DNA of 24,000 bases from an uncultured Bacteroidales bacterium (GTDB taxonomy: Bacteria > Bacteroidota > Bacteroidia > Bacteroidales > Paludibacteraceae), in the NCBI GenBank assembly GCA_900316005.1, contig ONBH01000015.1, positions 1 to 24,000 on the forward strand, in the 5' to 3' direction. Position numbers and translations under genes: made by a program. Of this stretch, positions 15,589-24,000 are shown piece after piece (position 1 is the stretch's first letter; the number at the start of each line of letters is the position of its first letter). The notes under the pieces were generated by a model. It was not told where the DNA came from and searched no databases. It was given only the letters and a program-made list of their open reading frames with translations.

Positions 15589-16322
15589 CTATCCGAGATA
15601 TTATTGACATCTTGTTCGTTGCAGCCTTATTCTACGGTACATTCCGACTCCTCAAGCGAAATGGCGTGATGAACCTGTTCTGGGGGATACTGGCCTTCGT
15701 GCTCGTATGGCTCGTCATAACGTACGGCTTGCACCTCGAACTGACGGGTGCTATACTCGACCAGGTCATGAATGTCGGAGCTTTGGCGCTAATCGTCATC
15801 TTCCAGAACGAGATTCGCGCTTTCATCTACCGCGTCGGTAGCAAGGTCACTATTCCGCATTTTTTGAGACGCGACCAGCAGCTACAGCAGAAATACGAAC
15901 GCGCCATGAATCAGATTGTGATTGCATGCCGACATATGTCGGAGCATAAAATCGGTGCGCTCATCATCCTTTCCCGCAGGCAAGACTTGCACGAGTTCTC
16001 CGACACCGGCGAACGAGTGGATGCTGTCGTCTCGGCGCGGATGATTGAGAACATCTTCTTCAAAAACAGTCCGCTGCACGACGGAGCAATGTTTATCAAT
16101 AGAGATCGCATCACCAGCGCCGGATGTATCCTACCCGTTTCGCAGATCAATAACCTACCCAAACACTACGGCCTGCGACACCGAGCTGCACTCGGTATCA
16201 CCGAGCGAACCGATGCCTTCGCCATTGTCGTATCCGAAGAAACCGGCGAGATTGCTATCGCTACCGGCGAAACAATGAGACCTGTCAGCGTTCAGGAACT
16301 CGCTTCCGAAATCGTCAAATAA
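15576..16322 (+). CDS. cdaA: Diadenylate cyclase (c-di-AMP synthase), membrane-anchored CdaA type
   Basis: It has three N-terminal hydrophobic helices followed by a DAC domain with DGAMFI and [31 protein letters not shown] (DGA and RHR motifs). The ATG overlaps the folP 3' end by 13 nt. Confidence 0.9.
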   Translation: MQTITIRDIIDILFVAALFYGTFRLLKRNGVMNLFWGILAFVLVWLVITYGLHLELTGAILDQVMNVGALALIVIFQNEIRAFIYRVGSKVTIPHFLRRDQQLQQKYERAMNQIVIACRHMSEHKIGALIILSRRQDLHEFSDTGERVDAVVSARMIENIFFKNSPLHDGAMFINRDRITSAGCILPVSQINNLPKHYGLRHRAALGITERTDAFAIVVSEETGEIAIATGETMRPVSVQELASEIVK

Positions 16323-16347
16323 CGAAAACAACGAAAACCACAAAAAT

Positions 16348-18417
16348 ATGAAACGTACACTTGTAACCACAGCCCTCCCCTACGCTAACGGCCCCGTACA
16401 CATCGGGCACCTGGCAGGAGTCTATGTTCCCGCGGACATCTACGTCCGTTACTTGCGCCTCAAGGGGCAGGAAGTCCTCTTCATCGGCGGAAGCGATGAA
16501 CATGGAGTTCCCGTCACCATCCGCGCACGCAAAGAGGGTATCACCACACAGCAGGTCGTGGACCGCTACCACGAACTAATCAAGCGTTCCTTCGAGCAGT
16601 TCGGTATTTCATTTGATATCTACTCTCGCACTACCAGCAAGATTCACCATCAGTTTGCTTCAGACTACTTCCGTCGCCTCTACGACAACGGCAAGTTCAT
16701 CGAGCAGACATCCGAACAGTTCTACGACCCCGAGACCAACGAGTTCCTCACCGACCGCAACATCCGCGGCGAATGCCCGCGTTGCCACAGCCTCGGCGCC
16801 TACGGTGACCAATGCGAGAAATGCGGCGCAACGCTCTCGCCTGACGAGCTCATCAACCCCTACAACGCCGTCAACGGCAACCCGCTCACTAAGAAGGAAA
16901 CCAAACACTGGTACCTACCCCTCGACCAATACCAAACCTGGCTCGAGGACTGGATTCTGAACCAACACAAGGAATGGAGGCCCAACGTCTATGGCCAATG
17001 CAAGAGTTGGCTCGACGGAGGTCTGCGTCCTCGTGCCGTCACACGCGATCTCGACTGGGGTATCCCCGTTCCCGTGGAGGGCGCCGAGGGAAAAGTGCTC
17101 TACGTCTGGTTCGACGCACCCATCGGATATATCTCCAATACCAAGGAACTCTGCGACGCCCAACCCGATAAATACGGACCATGGGAAAAGTGGTGGAAAG
17201 ACCCCGAGACACGCCTTATCCATTTCATCGGTAAGGACAATATTGTCTTCCACTGCATCGTCTTCCCCTCCATGCTCAAGGCCGATGGCTCCTACATCCT
17301 GCCCGACAACGTTCCCTCCAACGAGTTCCTCAACCTCGAGGGCGACAAGATTTCTACCTCGCGCAACTGGGCGGTTTGGCTCAACGAATACCTCGATGAT
17401 TTCCCCGGCAAACAGGACGTACTGCGTTACGTCCTCACGGCCAACGCACCCGAGACAAAAGATAACGACTTCACTTGGGCGGACTTCCAGGCACGCAACA
17501 ACAACGAACTGGTCGCCATCTACGGCAACTTCGTCAACCGCGCGCTCGTACTCACCCAGAAATATTTCGAGGGACACGTTCCCCAACGCGGCGAACTCAA
17601 TGACTACGACCGCGCCACACTCGACGAGTTCGAACGTACCCGCCGCGAGATGGAAAACCTGCTGGACGCTTTCCGCTTCCGCGATGCACAGAAGGAGGCT
17701 ATGAACCTCGCACGTATCGGCAACAAATACCTTGCCGACACCGAGCCCTGGAAACTGGCTAAGACCGACCTCACACGCACCGCAACCGTCTTGAACCTCG
17801 CGCTCCAAATCACCGCCAACCTCGCCATCGCTTTCGAGCCTTTCCTGCCCTTCTCGTCGGCCAAACTCCGTCAGATGCTCGGCATGCCTGAAGTCAACTG
17901 GCAGCACCTGGGCAACATGAACCTCCTGCCCGAGGGACAAATGCTCGGCGAGGTTTCGCTCCTCTTCGAGAAAATCGAGGACAACGCCATTCAGGCACAG
18001 CTCGACCGCCTCGCACGCATCAAACAAGAAAACGAAGAAGCCCAAAAGGCCGAGGAACGCAAGAACTGGCGTCCCGCTCCCATCAAGGCTGACACTTCCA
18101 TCGACGAGTTCGACAAGATGGATATCCGCGTGGCTACGGTTCTGGAATGCAAACCCGTCAAGAAGTCCGAACGCCTACTCGAGTTCCGTCTTGATGACGG
18201 TATGGGCGGACGAACCATCCTCAGCGGCATCGCACAGTCGTACCCCGACCCGTCGGTTCTCGTTGGCAAACAGGTATTGTTCATTGCCAACTTCCCGCCG
18301 CGCAAGATGATGGGTATTGAGTCCCAAGGCATGATTCTCTCGGCCGTTGATGCCGATGGTCGCCTTGTCGTCACTTCCCTCACCGCCCCCGCCGCCAACG
18401 GCGCCCAAGTCGGCTAA
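16348..18417 (+). CDS. metG: Methionine--tRNA ligase with a C-terminal tRNA-binding (EMAPII/Trbp111-like) domain
   Basis: Has [18 protein letters not shown] (HIGH), KISTSRN (KMSKS variant), the zinc knuckles CPRC...CEKC, and a C-terminal [13 protein letters not shown]...LSGI block. Confidence 0.95.
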   Translation: MKRTLVTTALPYANGPVHIGHLAGVYVPADIYVRYLRLKGQEVLFIGGSDEHGVPVTIRARKEGITTQQVVDRYHELIKRSFEQFGISFDIYSRTTSKIHHQFASDYFRRLYDNGKFIEQTSEQFYDPETNEFLTDRNIRGECPRCHSLGAYGDQCEKCGATLSPDELINPYNAVNGNPLTKKETKHWYLPLDQYQTWLEDWILNQHKEWRPNVYGQCKSWLDGGLRPRAVTRDLDWGIPVPVEGAEGKVLYVWFDAPIGYISNTKELCDAQPDKYGPWEKWWKDPETRLIHFIGKDNIVFHCIVFPSMLKADGSYILPDNVPSNEFLNLEGDKISTSRNWAVWLNEYLDDFPGKQDVLRYVLTANAPETKDNDFTWADFQARNNNELVAIYGNFVNRALVLTQKYFEGHVPQRGELNDYDRATLDEFERTRREMENLLDAFRFRDAQKEAMNLARIGNKYLADTEPWKLAKTDLTRTATVLNLALQITANLAIAFEPFLPFSSAKLRQMLGMPEVNWQHLGNMNLLPEGQMLGEVSLLFEKIEDNAIQAQLDRLARIKQENEEAQKAEERKNWRPAPIKADTSIDEFDKMDIRVATVLECKPVKKSERLLEFRLDDGMGGRTILSGIAQSYPDPSVLVGKQVLFIANFPPRKMMGIESQGMILSAVDADGRLVVTSLTAPAANGAQVG

Positions 18418-18444
18418 ATCTGTCTTGTCAGTTCGCTAATAAAT

Positions 18445-18470
18445 TCGGTCTCCCCAACGTGGGAGGCCGA
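18445..18470. terminator. Hairpin between the convergent metG and lipase genes, possibly a bidirectional terminator
   Basis: TCGGTCTCCC / GGGAGGCCGA forms a 10-bp stem (one G-U pair) with a 6-nt loop. The minus-strand side is followed by AATTTATT. The plus-strand T-tract is weak (TTCAAT). Confidence 0.5.
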
Positions 18471-18539
18471 TTCAATCCTAGACCATACTCGAGCCATTCT
18501 CGGTCCATTCCCGAAGCATACCCGTAAAACGACATGTTT

Positions 18540-19787
18540 TTAGATTTCATCGCCCACTACGGAAACGAACTTCAGAAAGCCTTTCTGATGCGCGCCATAG
18601 TCGTCAAAATTGGTTCGTAGATTGCTCTTCCCCTTGAATGCCTGAACGGCATGAAGCGAATTGTCATACGGAACGGTTTTATCCGTTGTACTATGAAAGA
18701 GGTATAACGGCGCAAGGGGCGTAGAATCCAGCAGCGAATTGCGGCCGAGCGCCTCATACAACTTCTTCGTCTCTGCATTCGCTCGATCACGACCCTCGGG
18801 GGTCAGTATCTCATCAATAGAATGGGTACCCATGAAATTATTGATTTCACCCAGGTTATATTCCTTCGAATTGACCCATTTATCGAAGTTCTCCAGGATA
18901 CGGGGCTGTAAGAAATCTTGCATCCTAAGCCCCATACGCTCGCCTTCATTCAGGCCTTGTATAATCATCGGTACAGCATAGGGAATCGTTACCTTATTCT
19001 GCTCCATAGCGATATCATAGGTCGCACTGAGGTCATACGGACCGGCACCGCAATATACTTGTTTGATTTTAACACGGTCTGCATAGTCGCGTTCCAACAG
19101 ACGAAGCGCCGCCAAGGTAGCCGATCCGCCTTGCGAGTAGCCCATCAGAATAACCTGTTCGTCTTCAGGCGAACGACCTATAAAATTCAGATAACCTTGT
19201 GCTGCTAACAGCAAGTCCACCACACTCGCAGCGGTACTCTCGGCATGCAAATACGGATGAATGCGATGCCGTGTAACCCCAAATCCCAAGTAATCGGCAG
19301 CTACAATAGCATATCCCTTACCCGCATAAAGTGCCTCAATGGGGAAAGTCTCAGAGGGTGCTTCGTAATAGGCTCCAATGGTGTAATGACTAACTACGAT
19401 GATATTCTTGATTTTACCCTTACGGGGCAGAATTATTTTACCCGAAAGGGTGACTGCTGATCCGTCCACATCGTGCCCTGTATAAGTTCCGGCTATCTGA
19501 ACGACCTCATTGGCATAGTAATACCCCAATATAGCGCGTGCCAAATCGCTGTAGGATACCGACGCTATTCGGCGAACAGATGAATTCTCACTCAACGTGT
19601 CTGTATTCCAAGCTGTATTAGCCATCACCTGCATCTCCGGATTAAGACTGCCATCACCCATCGTAAGCGATGACTCTGTCACGGCATATGGATGAAAATC
19701 CGCAAAATCAGCATAGATAATCTCGGGCTGCCTGCACGACACCAACCCGAATAATACAAGCAATATGCCTAATACTTTTCTTTTCAT
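18540..19787 (-). CDS. Lipase-family alpha/beta hydrolase lipoprotein
   Basis: The lipoprotein signal is MKRKVLGILLVLFGLVSC. The nucleophile elbow is GYSQGG. The later blocks LFHSTTDKTVP and YGAHQKG fit the Asp and His of a Ser-Asp-His triad. The overall layout resembles the secretory lipase (LIP) family. Confidence 0.65.
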   Translation of the reverse strand: MKRKVLGILLVLFGLVSCRQPEIIYADFADFHPYAVTESSLTMGDGSLNPEMQVMANTAWNTDTLSENSSVRRIASVSYSDLARAILGYYYANEVVQIAGTYTGHDVDGSAVTLSGKIILPRKGKIKNIIVVSHYTIGAYYEAPSETFPIEALYAGKGYAIVAADYLGFGVTRHRIHPYLHAESTAASVVDLLLAAQGYLNFIGRSPEDEQVILMGYSQGGSATLAALRLLERDYADRVKIKQVYCGAGPYDLSATYDIAMEQNKVTIPYAVPMIIQGLNEGERMGLRMQDFLQPRILENFDKWVNSKEYNLGEINNFMGTHSIDEILTPEGRDRANAETKKLYEALGRNSLLDSTPLAPLYLFHSTTDKTVPYDNSLHAVQAFKGKSNLRTNFDDYGAHQKGFLKFVSVVGDEI

Positions 19788-20440
19788 CTTTTACTATTAA
19801 AAGTGTACCCCACACTCACCGACACCAATCGGGAACCGAGAAGGAACATGCGCTCTTTATTCATAGCATTGAGCATGCCTAATTCCACAGCACCATACCA
19901 ATTTCCCTTACCGGCTTGCACGGTAAAGAAATTCAGGTTAAAGGCAGCAGCCGGAACAAAACCACCCATATTATCAAAAGCAAGATTCACCCCAAGCCCC
20001 AGACCGGAATGCAAGCGCACATACGTACTGCGATAATAGGTAAAGCGAAGTTCCGGCATCAATATGAGGTTGTAGTTTCGCTCGCGTACCGTCGCCCCGA
20101 CCGGATTGCGATACCGGTCATACGTAGTCTTATCCCATAGGATTCCCTCTATATCAAGTTGCCCGCCAAAACTCAACCAGTGTAGGAAATAATATTGATA
20201 TTCCGCAAAGAAATGTCCGGTCAGCACTACGTTCGTACGTTCGGTCACACGATAACCCGGTGGTAGTTTCTCAGGATTCGGCCAAATGTGAGTTGGATGA
20301 CTGCCATATAAGATTTTTTCCAAAAGCATATCGCCCCACCCGATGCGTACATCGTGGCGAAAGAATGCCGCCGAGTCTATACGTGCCTGTGAGGCGACAG
20401 AGGCTGACAATAGGATGAGTAGCAATAGGGCTTTTTTCAT
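19784..20440 (-). CDS. Small outer-membrane beta-barrel-like protein, unknown family
   Basis: The signal peptide is MKKALLLLILLSASVASQA. The body shows alternating aromatic/hydrophobic strands (FAEYQYYF, LRFTYYRS, VSVSVGYTF). The stop overlaps the lipase start by 4 nt (ATGA). Confidence 0.5.
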   Translation of the reverse strand: MKKALLLLILLSASVASQARIDSAAFFRHDVRIGWGDMLLEKILYGSHPTHIWPNPEKLPPGYRVTERTNVVLTGHFFAEYQYYFLHWLSFGGQLDIEGILWDKTTYDRYRNPVGATVRERNYNLILMPELRFTYYRSTYVRLHSGLGLGVNLAFDNMGGFVPAAAFNLNFFTVQAGKGNWYGAVELGMLNAMNKERMFLLGSRLVSVSVGYTFNSKR

Positions 20441-20460
20441 TTTTTATTCACTTTTCGCTG

Positions 20461-20468
20461 CAAAGATA
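20461..20468 (-). promoter_or_regulatory. -7 box TATCTTTG (minus strand) for the OMP-lipase unit
   Basis: CAAAGATA on the plus strand lies 20 nt upstream of the start at 20440. A matching -33 TTTG (CAAA at 20489-20492) sits 20 nt further upstream. Confidence 0.55.
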
Positions 20469-20506
20469 CTATTTTTTTTTGAAATGTGCAAATTTATCCG
20501 CAAAAT

Positions 20507-20541
20507 ATTTGCATATATCAGAAAAAAGCAGTACCTTTGCA
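20507..20541 (+). promoter_or_regulatory. Promoter cassette, copy A (-33 TTTG at 20508-20511, -7 TACCTTTG at 20532-20539), for tRNA-Ser
   Basis: TTTG, a 20-nt spacer, then TACCTTTG, lying 25 nt upstream of the tRNA 5' end. It is 32/35 identical to copy B at 20802-20836 by hand alignment. Confidence 0.6.
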
Positions 20542-20564
20542 GCCGCTTTTTAATCAACGCGAGA

Positions 20565-20649
20565 GGAAAGTTGGCGGAGTGGTCGATCGCGGCGGTCTTG
20601 AAAACCGTTGACCCGCAAGGGTTCGGGGGTTCGAATCCCTCACTTTCCG
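20565..20649 (+). tRNA. tRNA-Ser, anticodon UGA
   Basis: I folded it by hand. The acceptor stem GGAAAGT/ACTTTCC has 7 bp. The D arm has a 3-bp GCG/CGC stem. The anticodon stem is GCGGT/ACCGT with loop CTTGAAA (anticodon TGA). The long variable arm is TGACCCGCAAGGGTTC. The T arm is GGGGG-TTCGAAT-CCCTC and the discriminator is G. CCA is not encoded. Confidence 0.9.
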
Positions 20650-20660
20650 CAAGGAAAACA

Positions 20661-20707
20661 AAAACCTGTCTGTCTGAGTTTACTCAAGCAAGCAGGTTTT
20701 TTGTTTT
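20661..20707 (+). terminator. Imperfect hairpin plus T-tract downstream of tRNA-Ser
   Basis: CCTGTCTGTCTGAG / CTCAAGCAAGCAGG pair with two mismatches and two G-U pairs. They are followed by TTTTTTGTTTT. Confidence 0.45.
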
Positions 20708-20750
20708 ACTTGCACAGGATGCCATCGGCAGACTGTCGGGATTACGAAGA

Positions 20751-20788
20751 AATCCTCACTTTCCGCAGAAATCCCTCACTTTCCGCAA
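20751..20788 (+). repeat. Two tandem extra copies of the tRNA-Ser 3' end (att-like direct repeats)
   Basis: AATCCCTCACTTTCCGCAA at 20770-20788 is 19/19 identical to tRNA positions 20634-20652. AATCC-TCACTTTCCGCA at 20751-20767 is the same sequence with one C deleted. Confidence 0.85.
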
Positions 20789-20801
20789 AAATTGCAAATA
20801 A

Positions 20802-20836
20802 ATTTGCATAATTCAGAAAAAAGCAGTAACTTTGCA
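20802..20836 (+). promoter_or_regulatory. Promoter cassette, copy B (-33 TTTG at 20803-20806, -7 TAACTTTG at 20827-20834), for the TPR/PD40 gene
   Basis: It has the same architecture and 20-nt spacer as copy A, with 32/35 identity. Confidence 0.6.
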
Positions 20837-20861
20837 CGCTAAAATGGGAAGAAGGCACATC

Positions 20862-22112
20862 ATGAAGCAAAGAATCCTTTGGATAGTGGTCGCATGGCTG
20901 GTAGGTTTGCCCTTGGCTGCACAGTCTTCGAGCGAGGCGGAACGCTTGTTTAATGCAGGCGAGTACGAGCGTGCGGAGGCCATTTATGCACGCCTCGAAG
21001 CCAAGTCGCCAACCAACACCTTATATATATATCGTCACGCCCGCTGTTTCTACGAAATGGGCAGGATGCAAGAAGCGGTGGAACTCTTCCGCCGCGCCGG
21101 TACGCGATACGCGCTCACACACTTTTTTATGGGCGAAGCTTGCATGCAAATTTGGCATTTTGAGGAAGCGGAAGCCGCCTATCAGCGTTATCTGCATACA
21201 CTATCCGCTCCCAACGAACGCGTACCCCATGTGTTGGCACAGATGAACAAGGCCGCCAAATTCCAACGCTACATGAAACGCGTGACGGAGGTGTGCATCG
21301 TGGACTCCACAGAGGTGCTACGTACCGATCTGCTTTCCGCTTACCACCTCTCGGCGGAAGCCGGTAGCCTCACGCGAGGCGATAATGGCACCATAACATA
21401 CACCTCGCAGCGCGGAGACAGACGTTTTACCGTGCTAACAAGAGACACCGGACAGGTTTTGGCTTACGCCGAAAGACTGATGGACACATGGAACGAGGCC
21501 ACACCCCTGCCAGAAATGGTCAATCGAACTCAAGAGCAGAACTACCCGTTCTCGCTGGCAGACGGTGTCACGTTATATTACGCCATGCAGGACTCACTCG
21601 GACTGGGCGGATGGGATATTTATGTCAGCCGCTTCAATACCGCCACCAACACATGGACCAAACCGGAGAACATCGGCTTCCCCTTTAATTCGGAGGCAAA
21701 CGACTACCTCTACGCCGAGGATGAGAAGAACGGAGTCGGCTATTTTGCCACCGACCGTTTTTCCGATTCCCTGCACGTACGCGTTTATACCTTCCTCCTT
21801 CAGGAACAGAAACAGGTACTTCGCAATCCGGAGCAAGACACACTCGTTCGCTACGCGCGGTTGGAGGCCTATTGTACCGCCGAACGTCCGCACACCGGTA
21901 CACCTACTACAAAAGTGCATCATCCCATCGTAGAGGATGAGCTAACACCCCTCGAAAAAGCAGAACAGCAACTGGAGAACCTCCGTCGTCAGTATGCCGA
22001 TGGCGATGACAATCTGAGACACCAACTGCGTCCGGCGATTCTCGCACTCGAGCACACCGTTGATAGCCTCTACCATGAGCAAACAAAACCAACATATCAT
22101 CCGGCACAATAA
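20862..22112 (+). CDS. Secreted TPR-repeat protein with a TolB/PD40-like beta-propeller segment and a C-terminal coiled-coil tail
   Basis: The signal peptide is MKQRILWIVVAWLVGLPLAAQ. TPR-like helices are present (AERLFNAGEYERAEAIYARL, YRHARCFYEMGRMQEAVELF, GEACMQIWHFEEAEAAYQRYL). The PD40-like blocks are PFSLADGVTLYYA, LGGWDIYVSRFN and GVGYFATDR. The listed TTG start at 20832 lies inside the -7 box, so I prefer ATG 20862; ATG 20844 is also possible. Confidence 0.6.
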   Translation: MKQRILWIVVAWLVGLPLAAQSSSEAERLFNAGEYERAEAIYARLEAKSPTNTLYIYRHARCFYEMGRMQEAVELFRRAGTRYALTHFFMGEACMQIWHFEEAEAAYQRYLHTLSAPNERVPHVLAQMNKAAKFQRYMKRVTEVCIVDSTEVLRTDLLSAYHLSAEAGSLTRGDNGTITYTSQRGDRRFTVLTRDTGQVLAYAERLMDTWNEATPLPEMVNRTQEQNYPFSLADGVTLYYAMQDSLGLGGWDIYVSRFNTATNTWTKPENIGFPFNSEANDYLYAEDEKNGVGYFATDRFSDSLHVRVYTFLLQEQKQVLRNPEQDTLVRYARLEAYCTAERPHTGTPTTKVHHPIVEDELTPLEKAEQQLENLRRQYADGDDNLRHQLRPAILALEHTVDSLYHEQTKPTYHPAQ

Positions 22113-22154
22113 TAACACAATCTACGCAAACAACGTAAACAACAAAACACATAT

Positions 22155-23645
22155 ATGGCAAATTTTCAGAAACTGACCCCCAGGAGTGAAGACTACTCCA
22201 AGTGGTATAACGAATTAGTCGTAAAGGCCGATTTGGCCGAACAGAGTGCCGTACGCGGTTGTATGGTAATTAAACCCTATGGCTACGCTATTTGGGAAAC
22301 AATACAGCAGGAACTGGATCGTCGCTTCAAGCAACAAGGCGTCAAGAATGCTTACTTCCCCTTGCTTATCCCCAAGTCCTTCCTCAGCCGCGAAGCCGAG
22401 CATGTGGAGGGCTTTGCTAAGGAATGCGCCGTGGTAACGCACCACCGCCTCATGAACGACCCCAATGGTAAAGGTGTCGTTGTGGACCCCAACGCCCGTT
22501 TGGAGGAAGAACTCATCATCCGTCCGACCTCCGAGACCATCATTTGGTCCACCTACAAGAACTGGATATCCTCCTACCGCGATCTGCCCATCCTCTGCAA
22601 CCAGTGGTGTAACGTCATGCGCTGGGAGATGCGTACGCGTCTCTTCCTCCGTACTGCCGAGTTCCTCTGGCAGGAAGGACATACGGCACACGCTACCAAA
22701 GAGGAAGCCGAAGAATTTGCACAGCGCATGCTGAATGTATATGCCGACTTTGCAGAGAACGTGATGGCGATACCCGTCATCAAGGGTGTTAAGTCGCCCA
22801 ACGAACGCTTCGCAGGCGCCCTGAACACGTACTGCATCGAGGCAATGATGCAAGACGGCAAGGCACTACAAGCCGGTACCAGCCACTTCTTGGGTCAAAA
22901 CTTCGCTAAGTCCTTCGACGTACAGTTCCTCTCCAAGGAGAACAAATACGAATACGTCTGGGCTACATCATGGGGCGTATCCACACGTCTGATGGGTGCA
23001 CTCATCATGACGCACAGCGACGACAATGGTCTGGTTCTGCCACCGGCACTGGCTCCCATTCAGGTTGTCATCGTACCCATCTTCAAGAAACAGGAAGACC
23101 TCGATGTACTCATGACACGTATCCAACCGCTGGCAGACAAACTCGCCACAATGGGCATCCGCGTAAAGGTAGATACCAGCGAAAAAGCCACACCGGGCTT
23201 CAAGTTCGCCGACTACGAGCTGAAGGGCGTACCCGTACGTCTGGCTATGGGCGGACGCGACTTTGAGAACAACACCATTGAGATTGCTCGCCGTGACACG
23301 CTTACCAAAGAGACTATCTCTTTGGATGGTATCGAAGAGAAAATCAAGGCACTACTGGACGAGATTCAGCAGAACTGCCACCGCAAGGCCCTCGACTACC
23401 GCATTGCCAACACCCGCGAATGCAACTCATACGAGGAGTTCAAGGAGGAAATCAAGAAAGGCGGATTCCTGCTCTGCCACTGGGATGGTACACCCGAGAC
23501 CGAAGAACTCATCAAGAACGAAACGAAAGCCACCATTCGCTGCATCCCCATGGAAGCACTACCGGGCTACAAAGAGGAACCGGGTGTCTGCATGGTAACA
23601 GGTAAACCCAGCGCTAAACGCGTGGTATTCGCAATCGCATATTAA
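22155..23645 (+). CDS. proS: Proline--tRNA ligase, archaeal/eukaryote-like form
   Basis: 496 aa. The N-terminus reads [35 protein letters not shown]. Class II motifs are present ([26 protein letters not shown]). It has a C-terminal Cys-containing domain and lacks the bacterial insertion/editing domain. Confidence 0.95.
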   Translation: MANFQKLTPRSEDYSKWYNELVVKADLAEQSAVRGCMVIKPYGYAIWETIQQELDRRFKQQGVKNAYFPLLIPKSFLSREAEHVEGFAKECAVVTHHRLMNDPNGKGVVVDPNARLEEELIIRPTSETIIWSTYKNWISSYRDLPILCNQWCNVMRWEMRTRLFLRTAEFLWQEGHTAHATKEEAEEFAQRMLNVYADFAENVMAIPVIKGVKSPNERFAGALNTYCIEAMMQDGKALQAGTSHFLGQNFAKSFDVQFLSKENKYEYVWATSWGVSTRLMGALIMTHSDDNGLVLPPALAPIQVVIVPIFKKQEDLDVLMTRIQPLADKLATMGIRVKVDTSEKATPGFKFADYELKGVPVRLAMGGRDFENNTIEIARRDTLTKETISLDGIEEKIKALLDEIQQNCHRKALDYRIANTRECNSYEEFKEEIKKGGFLLCHWDGTPETEELIKNETKATIRCIPMEALPGYKEEPGVCMVTGKPSAKRVVFAIAY

Positions 23646-23647
23646 GG

Positions 23648-23684
23648 TTTAAAATTTAAGATTTAAAATTTAACATTTAACATT
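23648..23684. repeat. AT-rich tandem 14-mer (TTTAAAATTTAAGA, TTTAAAATTTAACA, then a partial TTTAACATT)
   Basis: Read directly from the sequence. It fills the spacer between the proS stop and the next ATG at 23685. It contains a 17-nt inverted match (AATTTAAGATTTAAAATT region) to the hutU-hutH spacer. Confidence 0.55.
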
Positions 23685-24000
23685 ATGAAGAAGAGTTTAT
23701 GGCTCATCCTGGCTGCTATGCTGACGCTGGGTATGGTATCCTGCACAAAGAAGGCCGCAGAAGTAAAGACGCTGAGTGTTGAAGAGGCTTTGGTACAAGC
23801 CCCCGAAATGGTCGATAACGAAATCACAGTTGAGGGACTCTGCGTCGGTATCTGCCAACACGGCGGACGCAAAGCCTTCCTGCGTACCGAAGACGAGCGC
23901 ATTCTGCTCGTCATGGCTGGCGACGGAATGGAGGCTTTTATGCCCGAATGCGTTGACAAAACCATCCGCGTGAAAGGCTTGATGCGCGCTTTTGTACCCG
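23685..24000 (+). CDS. Hypothetical lipoprotein, 3' end beyond the window
   Basis: This ORF is absent from the supplied track because it has no stop codon inside the window. My hand translation is MKKSLWLILAAMLTLGMVSCTKKAAEVKTLSVEEALVQAPEMVDNEITVEGLCVGICQHGGRKAFLRTEDERILLVMAGDGMEAFMPECVDKTIRVKGLMRAFVP. It has a lipobox and stays open to base 24000. Confidence 0.6.
   Translation, partial: MKKSLWLILAAMLTLGMVSCTKKAAEVKTLSVEEALVQAPEMVDNEITVEGLCVGICQHGGRKAFLRTEDERILLVMAGDGMEAFMPECVDKTIRVKGLMRAFVP

Noticed and set aside
20343-20811. ORFs 20343-20801 (152 aa) and 20608-20811 (67 aa) covering the tRNA-Ser region.
   Set aside because: They read straight through a promoter, a well-folding tRNA gene, its terminator and the att-like repeats. 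The tRNA explanation is far stronger.

Overview
This window reads as a core chromosomal segment of a Bacteroidota genome, probably Bacteroidales or Prevotellaceae-like. That assignment is an inference. It rests on repeated TAnnTTTG -7 promoter boxes, lipoprotein signal peptides ending in Cys, a DUF4270-like lipoprotein, a GldJ/PorK-like lipoprotein, the folP-cdaA pairing, and eukaryote-like long forms of HutU and ProRS.

Gene order:
- Plus strand: a 5'-truncated formimino-THF cyclodeaminase, a RhuM-family gene, an unknown basic 115-aa protein, hutU, hutH, hutI, folD, and a stand-alone PAS protein.
- Minus strand: pdxB and panC.
- Plus strand: a half-size GT5 'glycogen synthase-like' gene overlapping a DUF4270-like lipoprotein gene.
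- Minus strand: gcvH and a GldJ/PorK-family lipoprotein.
- Plus strand: folP, cdaA and metG.
- Minus strand: a lipase lipoprotein and a small outer-membrane barrel protein.
- Plus strand: tRNA-Ser(UGA), a TPR/PD40 protein, proS, and the start of an unknown lipoprotein.

I found no CRISPR array, transposase, integrase, rRNA or recognisable defence operon. Most of the window is housekeeping, with a strong histidine, one-carbon and cofactor theme.

The parts worth a second look are:
- the RhuM gene and the 115-aa gene wedged into the hut operon, with an 11-bp tandem repeat between them;
- the tRNA-Ser locus, which has two extra copies of the tRNA 3' end and a duplicated promoter cassette;
- the GT5-half / DUF4270 pair, which overlaps by 80 nt;
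- the orphan PAS protein;
- the GldJ-like/gcvH unit;
- the lipase/OMP pair;
- phased A-tract repeats in the divergent promoter region between the GldJ-like gene and folP.

All protein calls come from reading motifs and remembering families. No database search was run.
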